From: Macrostomum lignano
Lineage: Eukaryota
Assembly: GCA_002269645.1 (NCBI GenBank)
Contig: NIVC01002405.1
Location: forward strand, 113,448 to 177,447
Length of the DNA stretch: 64,000 nucleotides
Reading direction: 5' to 3'
A program made the translations under genes and the position numbers. Shown in pieces: positions 34,601 to 63,460 of the stretch (positions within the stretch are counted from its first letter, which is position 1; each line of letters starts with the position of its first letter). The notes beneath the pieces were generated by a model that was not told the origin of the DNA, ran no database searches, and saw nothing but the letters and a program-made list of their open reading frames with translations.

Positions 34601-36002
34601 AGATGTCTAAGGAGTGAGTAGGACATGGCAAGATGTCTAAGGAGTGAGTAGGACATGGCAAGATGTCTAAGGAGTGAGTAGGACATGGCAAGATGTCTAA
34701 GGAGTGAGTAGGACATTGCAAGATGTCTAAGGAGTGAGTAGGACATGGCAAGATGTCTAAGGAGTGAGTAGGACATTGCAAGATGTCTAAGGAGTGAGTA
34801 GGATATGGCAAGATGTCTAAGGAGTGAGTAGGACATGGCAAGATGTCTTCGAAGGAGTGAGTAGGACATGGCAAGATGTCTAAGGAGTGAGTAGGACATG
34901 GCAAGATGTCTAAGGAGTGAGTAGGACATTGCAAGATGTCTAAGGAGTGAGTAGGACATGGCAAGATGTCTAAGGAGTGAGTAGGATATGGCAAGATGTC
35001 TAAGGAGTAAGTAGGACATGGCAAGATGTCTAAGGAGTGAGTAGGACATTGCAAGATGTCTAAGGAGTGAGTAGGACATGGCAAGATGTCTAAGGAGTGA
35101 GTAGGATATGGCAAGATGTCTAAGGAGTAAGTAGGACATGGCAAGATGTCTAAGGAGTGAGTAGGACATGGCAAGATGTCTAAGGAGTGAGTAGGACATG
35201 GCAAGATGTCTAAGGAGTGAGTAGGACATTGCAAGATGTCTAAGGAGTGAGTAGGACATGGCAAGATGTCTAAGGAGTGAGTAGGATATGGCAAGATGTC
35301 TAAGGAGTAAGTAGGACATGGCAAGATGTCTAAGGAGTGAGTAGGACATGGCAAGATGTCTAAGGAGTGAGTAGGACATGGCAAGATGTCTAAGGAGTGA
35401 GTAGGATATTGCAAGATGTCTAAAGAGTGAGTAGGACATGCAAAAAATCAGTAGAAGCCGGAACCGTAGGTAAAAGTTTGAACAGATGGCATCACATGCA
35501 CTCCAGCCCGCACATGCACCGCACACATGCACAGAGCGCACCCGTTCAAGTCGTCCCTGCTGGCCATCGCATCGCAGACGGCGCCCTCCTCTCCGACAAC
35601 AATTCTGCCGGCAAAGCGCGGCTGCAGGAGCTCCAGTTGGCGCAGGCAGTGTTGAATGACGGCAGCGGACTGGGCCGCCAGTCGCAAGCAGCAGTACATC
35701 ACCGGGGCCGACTGTCCGTCAACCCGGCAGCGCAGCAGGGAGCCGCCGACGCAGAGCTCGCAGGAGAACCTGGCCAGCACCGAGCGGATGGCGGCGTCCT
35801 GTACGATTCGAGTGACTTCGCCGGGGCCCGAGACAGCGAGAAGGAACTGCTGTACTTGTGGCGGAGGCGACGATGGCAACGGTTTTTGTCTCCGATATCT
35901 GGAGTGCGAGCCGATTGATGGCACCGCTGCGACTTCAAGGTGCTGCTCCCGCTTATGGCGTCTTCGCGAAGTCTTTGGATAATCGTGGAGAAAGTCCATC
36001 AT
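31611..36002 (-). CDS. Uncharacterised 4-exon protein (~565 aa) with a C-terminal 14-aa tandem repeat
   Basis: Exons (-) 36002-35542, 33821-33439, 32633-32134, 31964-31611. GT-AG sites join in frame (phases 2, 1, 0; 1698 nt) and codons are GC-rich like the other genes. No family recognised. Confidence 0.55.
31680..31915. repeat. 42-bp exonic tandem repeat (APVLQSEQSPVPRQP-type in the modelled frame), ~5.5 copies
   Basis: Direct; lies in the last exon of the orphan gene model. Confidence 0.9.
34315..35440. repeat. 30-bp minisatellite (GGACATGGCAAGATGTCTAAGGAGTGAGTA), ~37 copies, intron 1 of the orphan gene
   Basis: Tandem unit read directly. Confidence 0.97.
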
Positions 36003-36719
36003 TTGCTTTGTCGTGCAAGTCTGACAGCGGCAGCTGCAGTTGGAGCCCCCAGGTGTGCCAACTGCCGCACGCAGGCTACACGGGGAAGTTTTTCCATAGA
36101 CGCATAACTTTCTTATTCATTGAAGAAATCATCGAGTGCGATTTGAAGGAATAAATGTAAGATTAATATATAGCTGCTGCGTGCTTTAATGGTATTGGTT
36201 ACATTGTAATATTATGAATTACCATGGACAAAAGGTTGCAGTTGCATAAGATGCACGTTGAGGAGAGGAGAGAGGAGGAGAAGAGAGAGAAGAATAGAGG
36301 AGAGCTTTAAATGACTCAAAAAGGGACATGGAACCACCAAGAAAATGGAAACTACTAGACCTGCGGCAATTTTCAAAATGAAATGATTTCTCGAATGTCC
36401 ACGGATCAAATCAAGCATTTCTTGAGTGAGCCGGACGCATTCCCTGATTCTAAGATTTCTAGCTACGATCAAAATTCTTTATTCAAAAAATCTATAATGT
36501 TGTGAAAGAATTGGTTGATGCCGGTTTTAGCGTCTCCAACATTTGCAAGGACGCAAACAGACGCCGACGGTGAAACGTTATTTGAGATTTGGTTCCGACG
36601 AGATGAAGATATGCGGGGCATGTCCGAATCCGATAGCCTGGCACCTGCACTGCATCGTGTGGTACTTTGTCGTATTACAATGTAATATTATTATTCAAAG
36701 ACACATATCTTATCCCTCT

Positions 36720-37113
36720 GGCATCGTTACCTCCAGGAGAAAATCCGCAGTGAGGAATGCCCTTTCTGCCTCTCCGGTGTCGAGAATGCGGAGCACTTCA
36801 TCTGTGAATGCCCCGCCTTTACTCAGGACAGGCTCACCTACCTCGGCCCAAACCCGGACCTCTCCGACGTTTTCAGGCCCGAGAATCTCTGCCAGCTCGT
36901 CCGCTACCTAAGGGCTACCGGGCGAGCGACAATCCACCTCCTGGACTCTCCGGAGGGGGACTGCGCTGCGGACGCCGGCGCCACCGGAACTCCCTGCGCG
37001 ACACCGCAGCACTAGCTGCCCGTGGTCGCCAGGGGTTAGCGAAATGGGCGGCAACGCCTCCTCGCTGTTTCCGGACGCACGGAGCCCCCTGCAGCTAAGT
37101 CAAAGTAAGTAAG
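36720..37113 (+). mobile_element. 5'-truncated non-LTR retrotransposon (LINE) 3' end with a 14-bp TSD
   Basis: TSD TATCTTATCCCTCT at 36706-36719 and 37114-37127. Frame 36722-37017 encodes EECPFCLSGVENAEHFICECPAF (CCHC zinc knuckle typical of ORF2 C-termini). Tail is (AAGT)n. Confidence 0.88.
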
Positions 37114-38637
37114 TATCTTATCCCTCTTGTCTACTTTGATGTCTCACTCATGCCTCCTCTTTTATCTCTCATATCCATTCTAATCTCTTCTCTCTCCACT
37201 ATTATCTATACTTTCTCCACACCCTCTTATCTATCCTCTCCACTCATATCTTCCTCCCTCTTTCCTCTTTTTTCAAGAGATGTTTCATTAAATGAATCAT
37301 GCTCAAACAACACGGGTGTATCAAAAGGTCGATAGTCGCTCAGGTAGATACTGAACTCAGAAGTTGACGCATTCGACTTTCACACACCCCGCTCCACCTA
37401 CAGAGAAAGCATCTTTGCAGCCCCCGGGGGCAGGTCTGCTACACGAGACCGGGCCATGATTTGGCTCATTTCGGCGGCCGTCCAATCCAAAGTTCGCCAG
37501 CACCCGTGACAACCGATATAAAAGCCTGATGCGGCGGCCCCCGGCGGTCTCTTCCCTGCTCTCCACGCGAAGGTCTGCTAAAACAAAAAAGTGAAATCAA
37601 AGGAAGCAAGAGAAAGTTGACAAACTTGCCCTGTGCATCCGGGAGCAACTTTCTAAGAAGCATTCAAACAATTTTTCCGACCAAGGTGCGAAGCGTTTTG
37701 TTACATCTCAGAGACAAACAAGAAAGGTGAGAGCTGCAAGGGACTCCCCAGTCTCCCTTGTATCAAAAAGTGCACAGATTGCTAATCTACGCACATGGTG
37801 CGTGGCTGTCATATTTATGAAACAAACAGTAATTTAACGAGAAATATGTAAAAATGTAGCAGGGATTTTCCATTCTGAACTGGCTTTTCAGTCGATCTCC
37901 CAGTTTGCCTGTACCGGCTCTCCCTCAGCCTTCCTCCCCCCCCCCGAGCCTGCCCGCCCATCTGCCCATGCATATCTTCCATCGTCGACGAAGGATCAAC
38001 ACTGCCTGCAGCCAATGCGTCGGTAGCATTGAGAACTCCTGCACCCGTGGGCCCTGTTCGAGCCATCAAGTAATCGAATAAAGAAAAATTTCACAAAAAA
38101 TCCATTTGAGATCGGCGTGTCTGGCGGTCGCACCTCGGTCCTCGATGGTGATCCCATGGCTCTGCGCCACCATTACTGGACCAAAAAAATTGCCATCTTC
38201 TCACTCTGCTAGACTCGGCTCCCAGGTCTGCTTTCGCGCCTTGTCTGTTTCTCTGTGACGAGCGGAATATTCCATGCTCTCCGCTATTCAATAAAAAATA
38301 CTGCAAAATATTTTTGCTACATCTGGACTGGATGCTTGTAATTCGTGCGAAATTAGAAAAATGGTAAATCAATGAAGGCTCTGTTGAAAAAATGGATATT
38401 TCAGTCCTCATTTACTACTTACTCTCCCTCTCTGTCTCTCTCTCTCTCTCACCCTCCTCTCCTATCCCTCTTTCTTACTTTACTCCTTTCTCTCCTACAT
38501 TACCTCTCGCATGCGCCCAGTTAAGAAAATACTAAATAAACCAATCTAAATTAAGAGAATATTATATAGATTTAAATTAGAGTTAAATTGAATAGTAAGA
38601 GAAGTGGGTGATGCCACAGGGCCCAAACCAGTTATGT

Positions 38638-38715
38638 ATAAGACATTAAGACATTAAGGTCATTAAGGACATTAAGACATTAAGACATTAAGACATAAGA
38701 CATTAAGAAATTAAG
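38638..38715. repeat. 8-bp tandem repeat (TAAGACAT)n
   Basis: Tandem unit read directly. Confidence 0.85.
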
Positions 38716-40285
38716 GGGGTTGAGTCCAGAATAATTAAAGAAGGGGTGGAGTGCGCTACTGAGTAGAGGCAAGAATGGAGAGCCAATCAGAAGGTGGCGA
38801 GGGAGAGAGATAATAATAACAAGATCGAATTAGACAAGAAAGAGAGAGATAAAACAGAGTAAACAGAGACAAGTGAAGGTGAACTGAAGAAATGACTAAG
38901 AAAGTCGTCGTGACAAAAATAAAAGAAACGAAACGAAATAGAAAAGACCGCTTTTCATGTCGGATCGGCCGATGCATATTGGTGGCGTGATTTAGGCAAA
39001 ATTGGCGAACTCTAGCCAATGATTTGTAGCAGCGTTAACGCCTAAATGATAAAGACAGACAAGACGAGACACACGACAGTGCTTGTAGCAATGTAAAATG
39101 AGCAATGTACAATCGGGTAAGAGGTTAAGGGTGTCGTGAGCGCGCACTTGGGGGGCAGAGAAATTCGGGGCGGGGCAGACTGGCGGAGGGGGGTTGGGGA
39201 ACGGCGCGAGAAATGGTGGGGGGCGGCCATGGCCGCCACTCTATCCCTTCGTTTTACCACTCGCTCTGGCTTCTAGTGAAATATCGATTTTTATAACCGC
39301 CTCATGACACCAGGCAGCATTGAAAACCGCCACCCTACACTTTGGCCCTGCAATTGACGCAAGGTTTTCTAACTTTCGCTCAGGCGCACAGCGTGGCGGT
39401 TTTTAATGTTGCTGATTGATTGACTTTGATTTAACTGCAGAGGTCCAGATTCGACCCGACACAGGGGACGCAGGGGAAGGCGCCTTCTATCTCGCTCTTC
39501 ACGGCATGCTGAACTTGCTTTCGCGAGCAGACCACAAGTTCACGGCTGATACAATGCACGTGAAGTCCAGCTGCTTTAACTGATCTACAGCGTCCCTTGA
39601 TCTCAGAGCTGTCTTCAAAGACAAGCTGAGCTTGTCTTCTTGCAAGCCAAACTTAGGAATTCGCTAGTAACAAGCCAGGCTTGACTAATTCGAATTTGCT
39701 ATGCAGCTTGTTCGAAATTTAAAAGTACGATTGATAAGTACGCACTCTCAGGGCTCATTTTTAGTGGCGCTTGTTTGTTTGGTGAGGGGCATTGTTCCTT
39801 CAGAACGGGCACCTCGTGTAAATGCAGCGGCGGTATCAGTATCCACCAGTAGCAGACTCGAGCACTTTTGCGTAGCACTGTGCCTCCTACCATCACTAGG
39901 AGTGTAATGCATTCCACTGAGCATTGGCAAGTTTGGGCGGGACACCCATTCACCACCCAATATAAGTTCCCGAATGGATATCTGTAGCCCGGAGTGGCGA
40001 ATCAATTGTATTACGCGACTCCAGAGAGCGAGATCCCTCTGTCTGGCAGAAAGATGAGAGCAGCCTGCTAGTGCAGGTTCCCCTGATCCTTGGCTTGTAT
40101 CTCTCCAGTGACCAGTCCCGCCTTGATATTGAATTTAATAACGAATTTTTGCGCAGAATAAGAATTGAGAGAAGAGAGATAGACAGAGAGCAGGGTTTAG
40201 CAGACGGACTCAAATTCATTTAACGATTTCTTTTTTGTCCAGCATTAAAAATAATCAATTTGATCTTTCTAAAACTGTCTGCAGG

Positions 40286-40840
40286 ATGCTGACTCTGAAG
40301 CTGTTCCGCCTTGTCATGGCGGTGCAGTGCTGCCTGCTGCTGGGCGCCCTGATTGGCTGCTGCGATGCCCGAGAAGACGACAACGATGAGCTCAGCTTTG
40401 TTGAACGGCGAGGCGCTTACTACGGCCTGTTGGGCAAGCGAGGCCCTTACCATCGCCTTCTAGGAAAGCGAGCTGGATATCGCGGCCTGCTCGGAAAGCG
40501 AGCTGGATTCCGAGGCCTGCTCGGAAAGCGAGCTGGATATCGCGGCCTGCTCGGAAAGCGAGCTGGATATCGCGGCCTGCTCGGAAAGCGAGCTGGATTC
40601 CGAGGCCTGCTCGGAAAGCGAGCTGGATATCGCGGCCTGCTAGGAAAGCGAGCTGGATATCGCGGCCTGCTCGGAAAGCGAGCTGGATTCCGCGGCCTGC
40701 TCGGAAAGCGAGCTGGATTCCGCGGCCTGCTCGGAAAGCGAGCTGGATACCGCGGCCTCCTGGGCAAGAAGCGAGTTTATCAGCGCCTGTTAGGCAAGCG
40801 AGACGGAAGCCCGTCGCATGGCGCGGCTCTGCAGGAGTAG
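40286..40840 (+). CDS. Neuropeptide precursor (prohormone): signal peptide plus 13 amidated peptides (6x AGYRGLLa, 4x AGFRGLLa, GAYYGLLa, GPYHRLLa, VYQRLLa)
   Basis: ATG at 40286 directly after the acceptor CTGCAG|G; 184 aa. Hydrophobic Cys-containing signal peptide, acidic spacer, peptides each followed by G-KR amidation/cleavage sites. AATAAA at 40998. Confidence 0.95.
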   Translation: MLTLKLFRLVMAVQCCLLLGALIGCCDAREDDNDELSFVERRGAYYGLLGKRGPYHRLLGKRAGYRGLLGKRAGFRGLLGKRAGYRGLLGKRAGYRGLLGKRAGFRGLLGKRAGYRGLLGKRAGYRGLLGKRAGFRGLLGKRAGFRGLLGKRAGYRGLLGKKRVYQRLLGKRDGSPSHGAALQE

Positions 40841-42470
40841 AGACAAAGCCAAGCTAGGACAGAGAGAGAAGAGAGGAGAGGAGAGAAAAAATATACATTG
40901 TCTGGATGCCATACAAAAATTAACAATATACTGAACCCACACAAGCGTGAGACAGGTTAAATCGACAGCTTAAAATATACAAAATTATTTTATTCGAAAT
41001 AAATTTGTCACATGGAAAGTGCAACAACCATTGCAACACCGCAGTACATGGAGCTGTGGACTCGTCGCTTTGCTTTTCTAACTGTGACGAAATAAAAAAT
41101 CAGGAATAATCAGAGACCGAAAGCTACCGGTAAGATGGATCAAGAGACAAGCAGTTGGATTAGAGACAGGCTAATCATAATAATTACGAGTATAATGATC
41201 AGCGAAAGGTTGACAGACCAGACTGACCAGAGAATAATCAGAGAACAGAATGAATAGACAGGCAAAACCTGATCAAAGCCTGCTGCTGCAGACAATAACA
41301 ATGTCAACCGATATCGAAGATTTCCCCAACATCAGACTTCAGCATCGCTATCAAGATAAAGTCACATGACCCGATTTGCTTCACTTGATCAGGTTTAAAA
41401 AGTAGACTAAGGCATAATGCACGTATGCGGTCAGCATTGAATTCAACTCGTTAATTATTAATACTTCGATGTATTTAGTTTTCATGTTAATAATTTGAGA
41501 CAGAAAAATGAGAGCTGTCTCAATTAAACTTGCTCAAATTTACTAGATGACCAGTGATTTTAGAGACTAGATTACTAGGATACAAGGGGGTACACATTTT
41601 ATGAGTCACATGATCAGAGAATTCAATCACAAGAGTAGCAAATAGCAAAGGTTATGAAGAGCGGAATAGACAAAGCCAGTAAAAACGGGTATAGAGCAAA
41701 CAGGAGAGCCGAATAATAAAAATTCATCAAATTCGTTTCCTTGCTGCGTAAAAAGGCACATAAATAATCGCAGCATAATACTAAATCAAGTAATACTAAT
41801 CGAGCATTGTGATTAAATTAAAAAGTTGCACAAAACAAAAAATAAAATAAAAAGTTGACCAAAAACATTGTAATACAGGAAGAGCAGAGCAGGTGTATAT
41901 AGAAGTTATAAAATAAATAGATAAGGCGGTGTAATATAAATGAAACATTCGAATGAGATTCAAAAGCTAACAATTAAGTAACACTGGCAGTTTTAATAAA
42001 ACGGGTAGCAGTGAGTTTCGGTGCATGTATTTATCATAGATCAGAGGCTAGAGAAGTTATTGACCACCCGGAGAGGTGCAACATCGGCGGAATATTCAAA
42101 ATTTTAGTACAAGAACCTTTGCCGATATGTTGCGTAAAAACTTTATCGAGGTATAATTTCCAAATTCAAATCTCGCAGTGGCCCGATTCGCGCCAAAGAT
42201 TCTGCATGATAACAAGACAAGTACAAATGATAAGTCCAAAGGCACACACAAACTCGGATGAGAGTGCACTTGCACTTCAAGTACTGTGAGTACTGTGCCT
42301 AGCCCTCATCGGCGGAATTCCTCACAGAACTGACGCGAAGTGTTTATCAGTATTTATTTTAATACGATGCACCTGCATGGCAGCCCACTCTTATTTATCA
42401 GTATAGTACTGACAACACACATATTGATCCTGATTGTTTTCGTCGTACACAAATGTTGATTGAGCATTCT

Positions 42471-42566
42471 GTGAACTCTGAATTTAATATGGCCGGGCCG
42501 TGGGATTCGAACCCGGGGACTATGGTTCGAAGATCGGTTGCGTTACCGCTGCACCACTATGTGCGC
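42471..42566 (-). pseudogene. tRNA-like relic / SINE head (not a functional tRNA)
   Basis: A box TGGTGCAGCGG and B box GGTTCGAATCC are present, but the acceptor and anticodon stems do not pair. It is followed by TTCAGAGTTCAC, shared with the 30735 element. Confidence 0.65.
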
Positions 42567-42684
42567 CACTAATTTCCTATCTCGATCGCATCTAAATATG
42601 CTCGGCGAAGAGTAGCTCTATGAATAAATTTCGCTCTAGCTTCGGTCCCAGCCATACTACTCACTCGGCCGAGTAAGCAGGCAG

Positions 42685-59748
<17,064 letters not shown>

Positions 59749-62700
59749 TGCTAAGAGCTGTAAGATGGTGGAAAATCAAATATATTGTCTAGGATAAATT
59801 AGGCACAAATTTGGCATTGCTTCCTAATTACAAAATTACAATATAAGGGACAAACTCATTTAAAAAACAGCCTAATTGAAATACTACATAAATTAATAAT
59901 ATACATTATAGTTTAGAACTATGTTAATAGACAATACATGTAGTTCATACAAGCTGTATGTGTAGATATTTTAGCATCATACTGAATAATATATTTTAGA
60001 GGCTTACAAGAGAAGGGCACAAGAGAAGGGTACCATTTATTTGTTAGACAGTTCTTATATATAGCATTACATTGTATTGGGGAATCGGGCATATGGAGGT
60101 GCACACACAGAAGCATGAGTCATTTTTCCTAGACACATCCAAGCTGGCTGACTTGGTGGAGTCACCCTACTAGCCAGGCATACTGGAGCCTGTGTGCAAA
60201 CGCCCTAAGCTCTCGATCCCGACTATGCTACAATATTATGTTTTTCAATAAAAAATTATTTTTATCTACAACTATATAAATATAACCACAGGTATTAAAC
60301 ATAGAGAGAAAATTTTCCTCGGGTCACATTGTGTAATTATCTAAGAAAGGAATTTATTCCACCTAAATATAAGTTATCAGACAATAATAATAATTATTAA
60401 AATAAATGTACAAATATATGCAGCTAAAGTTTTTGAAGGTTATCAGGATTTTTTCTTTGCTATCTTAGTAACTTCTCAATATATGTAATTCAGTATGCTA
60501 AAAAAATTTCCTCATCATTGCTATTGCCAAAAAGGCTATATTGGTTCATTTAAAGAAAAACAAACTTTTAGTATTGCAATGGATTGTAATAAATTGTAAT
60601 GGAATTTTCTTCTACTAATAGTTTCATTGAGCATCAAATACTTATAAAGAGAAATCATAATTTAATTCAATAACATGGGTCATAAGCACTAAATGTTGAA
60701 GTATAAGTAACTAAAGTAAGGAAAGCTACAGGTAAGAAATTAAAAAGCTGTTTGCAATGGTTTATAATTAAAAAAACGAAATGACCGAACTTGGAGTGTA
60801 ATAATTTAAAAATAATATCAAAGTATCAATAAAATTTTATCTAGAATGAAAAAGAATTGTCACTTAAAAAATTAAAGGAGAACTAGCGGCACTTCCCTTT
60901 CGTATTTCAATTCTTGGAAGTTGTCGCATTGAAAAAACAAATTTCGTGAACTTTAAACTTGGCACTATTTTGATAGCGCATTAAAATTCACTTTACAGTG
61001 ATAATTTTAGCAATAAAGCATCTTTAGTTGTTGAACTTTAGTAGACAATTTTCAATTTATAATTATTTGAAGGTTAAAGTTTTGTTATAATGTCTTAACT
61101 CCGGCACTTCGTAGTTAATACTTATGGTAATAGTTATCTAGATATTGCATTCTCTTTTGCCGCAATTTCCGCTCCATTTCAATTTAATCATACAATACAG
61201 CGCAGCAACCAAAAATACAAAAATCACTTTTGAAGTTTTATTAAAGATGAATGTTTGTTTATTTACAAAGACACATTGTACAGACTTCGAAGATTCATTA
61301 AAGCAATTTAAAGCCGCAAAAGGCAGCTAAAAACGGGTCATTCTGCTCGAAGCAAGAAAAACTAGTTCTTCGTTTTTCATTTTTTACTCATGTTTGCCCT
61401 TCCTCGATCAATTTTGTGCAGCAACTGTCTCTATCATATCATATGTTTCTATTCGTAAGCCGGTGGTGCTCACTCAAAAATGTTTTTAAAGCACTCAGCA
61501 AAATGAACTAAAAATGTCGCTTCTTAGAATTATTATGATTTTTTATATGTAATAAGTTGCATACCAAAACAGTACAACATTATGTACATGTAGTTTACTC
61601 ACAACAAAAGTCCGCAATGATAAGATATCAACATTTAGACTCTTTTTTTGCAGAAACTATATGAATAATGCACCTAAAAATACATTTAAAGCAGATCAAT
61701 TATAAAACCAAAACATTTAGCAAGCTTCTTAACAAAGCTCACGATTCTTAAGCACGTTACCAACTTTTCATTGAACCACTGTAAAATCCAGTCATTCCTA
61801 TTCAGCAAAGATTGTTATACCGCTCGTAATGATTGAAATTAACGGGCCAGTGTATATGTACCAAGTTATCCTTCATTAGATTGACGGCTAAGAGAGGAAG
61901 AGAGGTAATTACCACAGCTCATGAGAATTCTACCGTTAACAATGCACCCGATCCACTCGCGCCGCATTACAGTAACATAATGTATTTGCACGCATGAAGT
62001 CTCACAACAACTGCACTCAGCTGAGCCATCCGTCAGCCAGCTGAGCCTAAATGGGCCTCATCGATAGCAAAGCGGCGAGCCGGGCACAAATAACACGAGC
62101 GCTACAATAGATCGCTGCTGGATTTGGGCGGACAAACGCACTTGCCCTTACAATCAATTCAAACTGCATAGAGAGGTTGAAATTGAATTTCGAAATCCAG
62201 CTGGACTGACGCAATTATACGCAGAAAAATTGCACTTAATGCTCGGCTTCTGGGTCAGTTGGGTAAATGCGCCGGCTGGAGGATGGTTTGCATAATTTAA
62301 AACGAGTTTGATTTGCATTTGAAACGGTATTTCCTCGCGGCCTGATGCGCTATATAGTCGTAATTCTTCGTGACGCTAAAATCGCAGCCAACCGGAGCCC
62401 AAAGGAACAAGTCAGAAGCCAAAATATTGAATGCACTGAAGCCACTGACGGACGTGCCACGAAGTAGCCGGGGTTTTAACCCGATAAATGGGCAGAGAGA
62501 GTATAATGTGGACAAAGACACACTAGTACACTAACACAAAGACTAAAAGAGTTGCTAGATAATATTAACCAGGAATAGAAGGCGATACTACAAGAGAGTT
62601 GGGACAACAAATCATGTATTCATGCTTGGATTAAAGCAATTCCAGAGTAATAATAACAAGCTGCTATGTCAGTTCTTACAGTCAATTGGGGCACTGCATT

Positions 62701-63300
62701 CGGGTCGGAATAGCGAGGCGGGGTGAACTGACATCATTCAGAATGCAGAACTGGCGACTGCAACTGAGGTCTTTCTGTTCAGAGGTCGAAGTAACAGAAG
62801 GACACAGAACGAATTGGAGTGGAGAAGGAGATAGAAGAAATAGAAGGCTGTAGCAAAAGACATGAAGCCTCCGGTCTCGATTGCAAATTAACAATGGACA
62901 TTAAAGGGAATATGAAATTGTGTTCGCGATGGTGGACAGCTGCATGGACAACAAACGTATGCATCAGTCTAGGGGGTTAATTTAGGACAAACATCATAAG
63001 CTGGTTTTTTAATAAACTCAATTGGTTACTAACTATCCTTGACTACTCGTTCGCTAAAATTCGTATGATTTTTGCGCCCGACTTTTCCACAGCATGGGAG
63101 TCCTTTTTATGTAGTGATAATAATGCGTGCATCTCCACATCTAAAAGAAAAGGAAGAATTCCCAAAAAAAAATTTGCGGGAAGATTGACAACAGAGAAAC
63201 GAAAATATCTGCTCGTTCTGTGTTTTGTGTCCGAGATTCCGGATAGGTCACACGTGAATGAGGTCGGACAGTTTCATTTCTTTTTTCACATCACTCCGCG

Positions 63301-63460
63301 TCAGTCTTCCGGGTGTCGGCACAGATGACAGCGGGCCATCTCCTCGTCGTACTCTTCCAGCTGGATGGTGACCTCCGTGATGTTGAACTGTTCGCGGACA
63401 AGGATGCGGGCCTCCTTTAGAATCTCTGGCTCTGCTGACTTTGATGACTGCTGCTCTTGT
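63301..63460 (-). CDS. Last exon of an SLC30/ZnT cation-diffusion-facilitator zinc transporter (ZnT2/3/8-like); the rest of the gene lies beyond the window
   Basis: C-terminus ILKEARILVREQFNITEVTIQLEEYDEEMARCHLCRHPED* matches the ZnT pattern xTIQxExY...CxxCxxP. The exact acceptor (63461 or 63432) is uncertain. Confidence 0.8.

Noticed and set aside
34278-35541. 378-aa and 402-aa repeat ORFs
   Set aside because: Translations of the 30-bp intronic array. The unit's GGACATGGCA is also too poor a match to call a p53 half-site.
37300-38420. Possible LTR or Tc1-like element (TATAAAAG at ~37518; GTGTATCAAAA motifs)
   Set aside because: No paired termini, TSD or coding remnant could be established.
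39430-40220. Short ORFs upstream of the neuropeptide gene, on both strands
   Set aside because: Interrupted by stops with no recognisable domain; the 40235 start is upstream of the real acceptor and ATG at 40286.
42490-42566. Functional tRNA gene
   Set aside because: The acceptor and anticodon stems do not pair; reported as a relic instead.
62280-62345. Octamer-like motifs (TTTGCATAAT, ATTTGCAT)
   Set aside because: Short motifs expected by chance in AT-rich DNA, with no snRNA or transcription start evidence.
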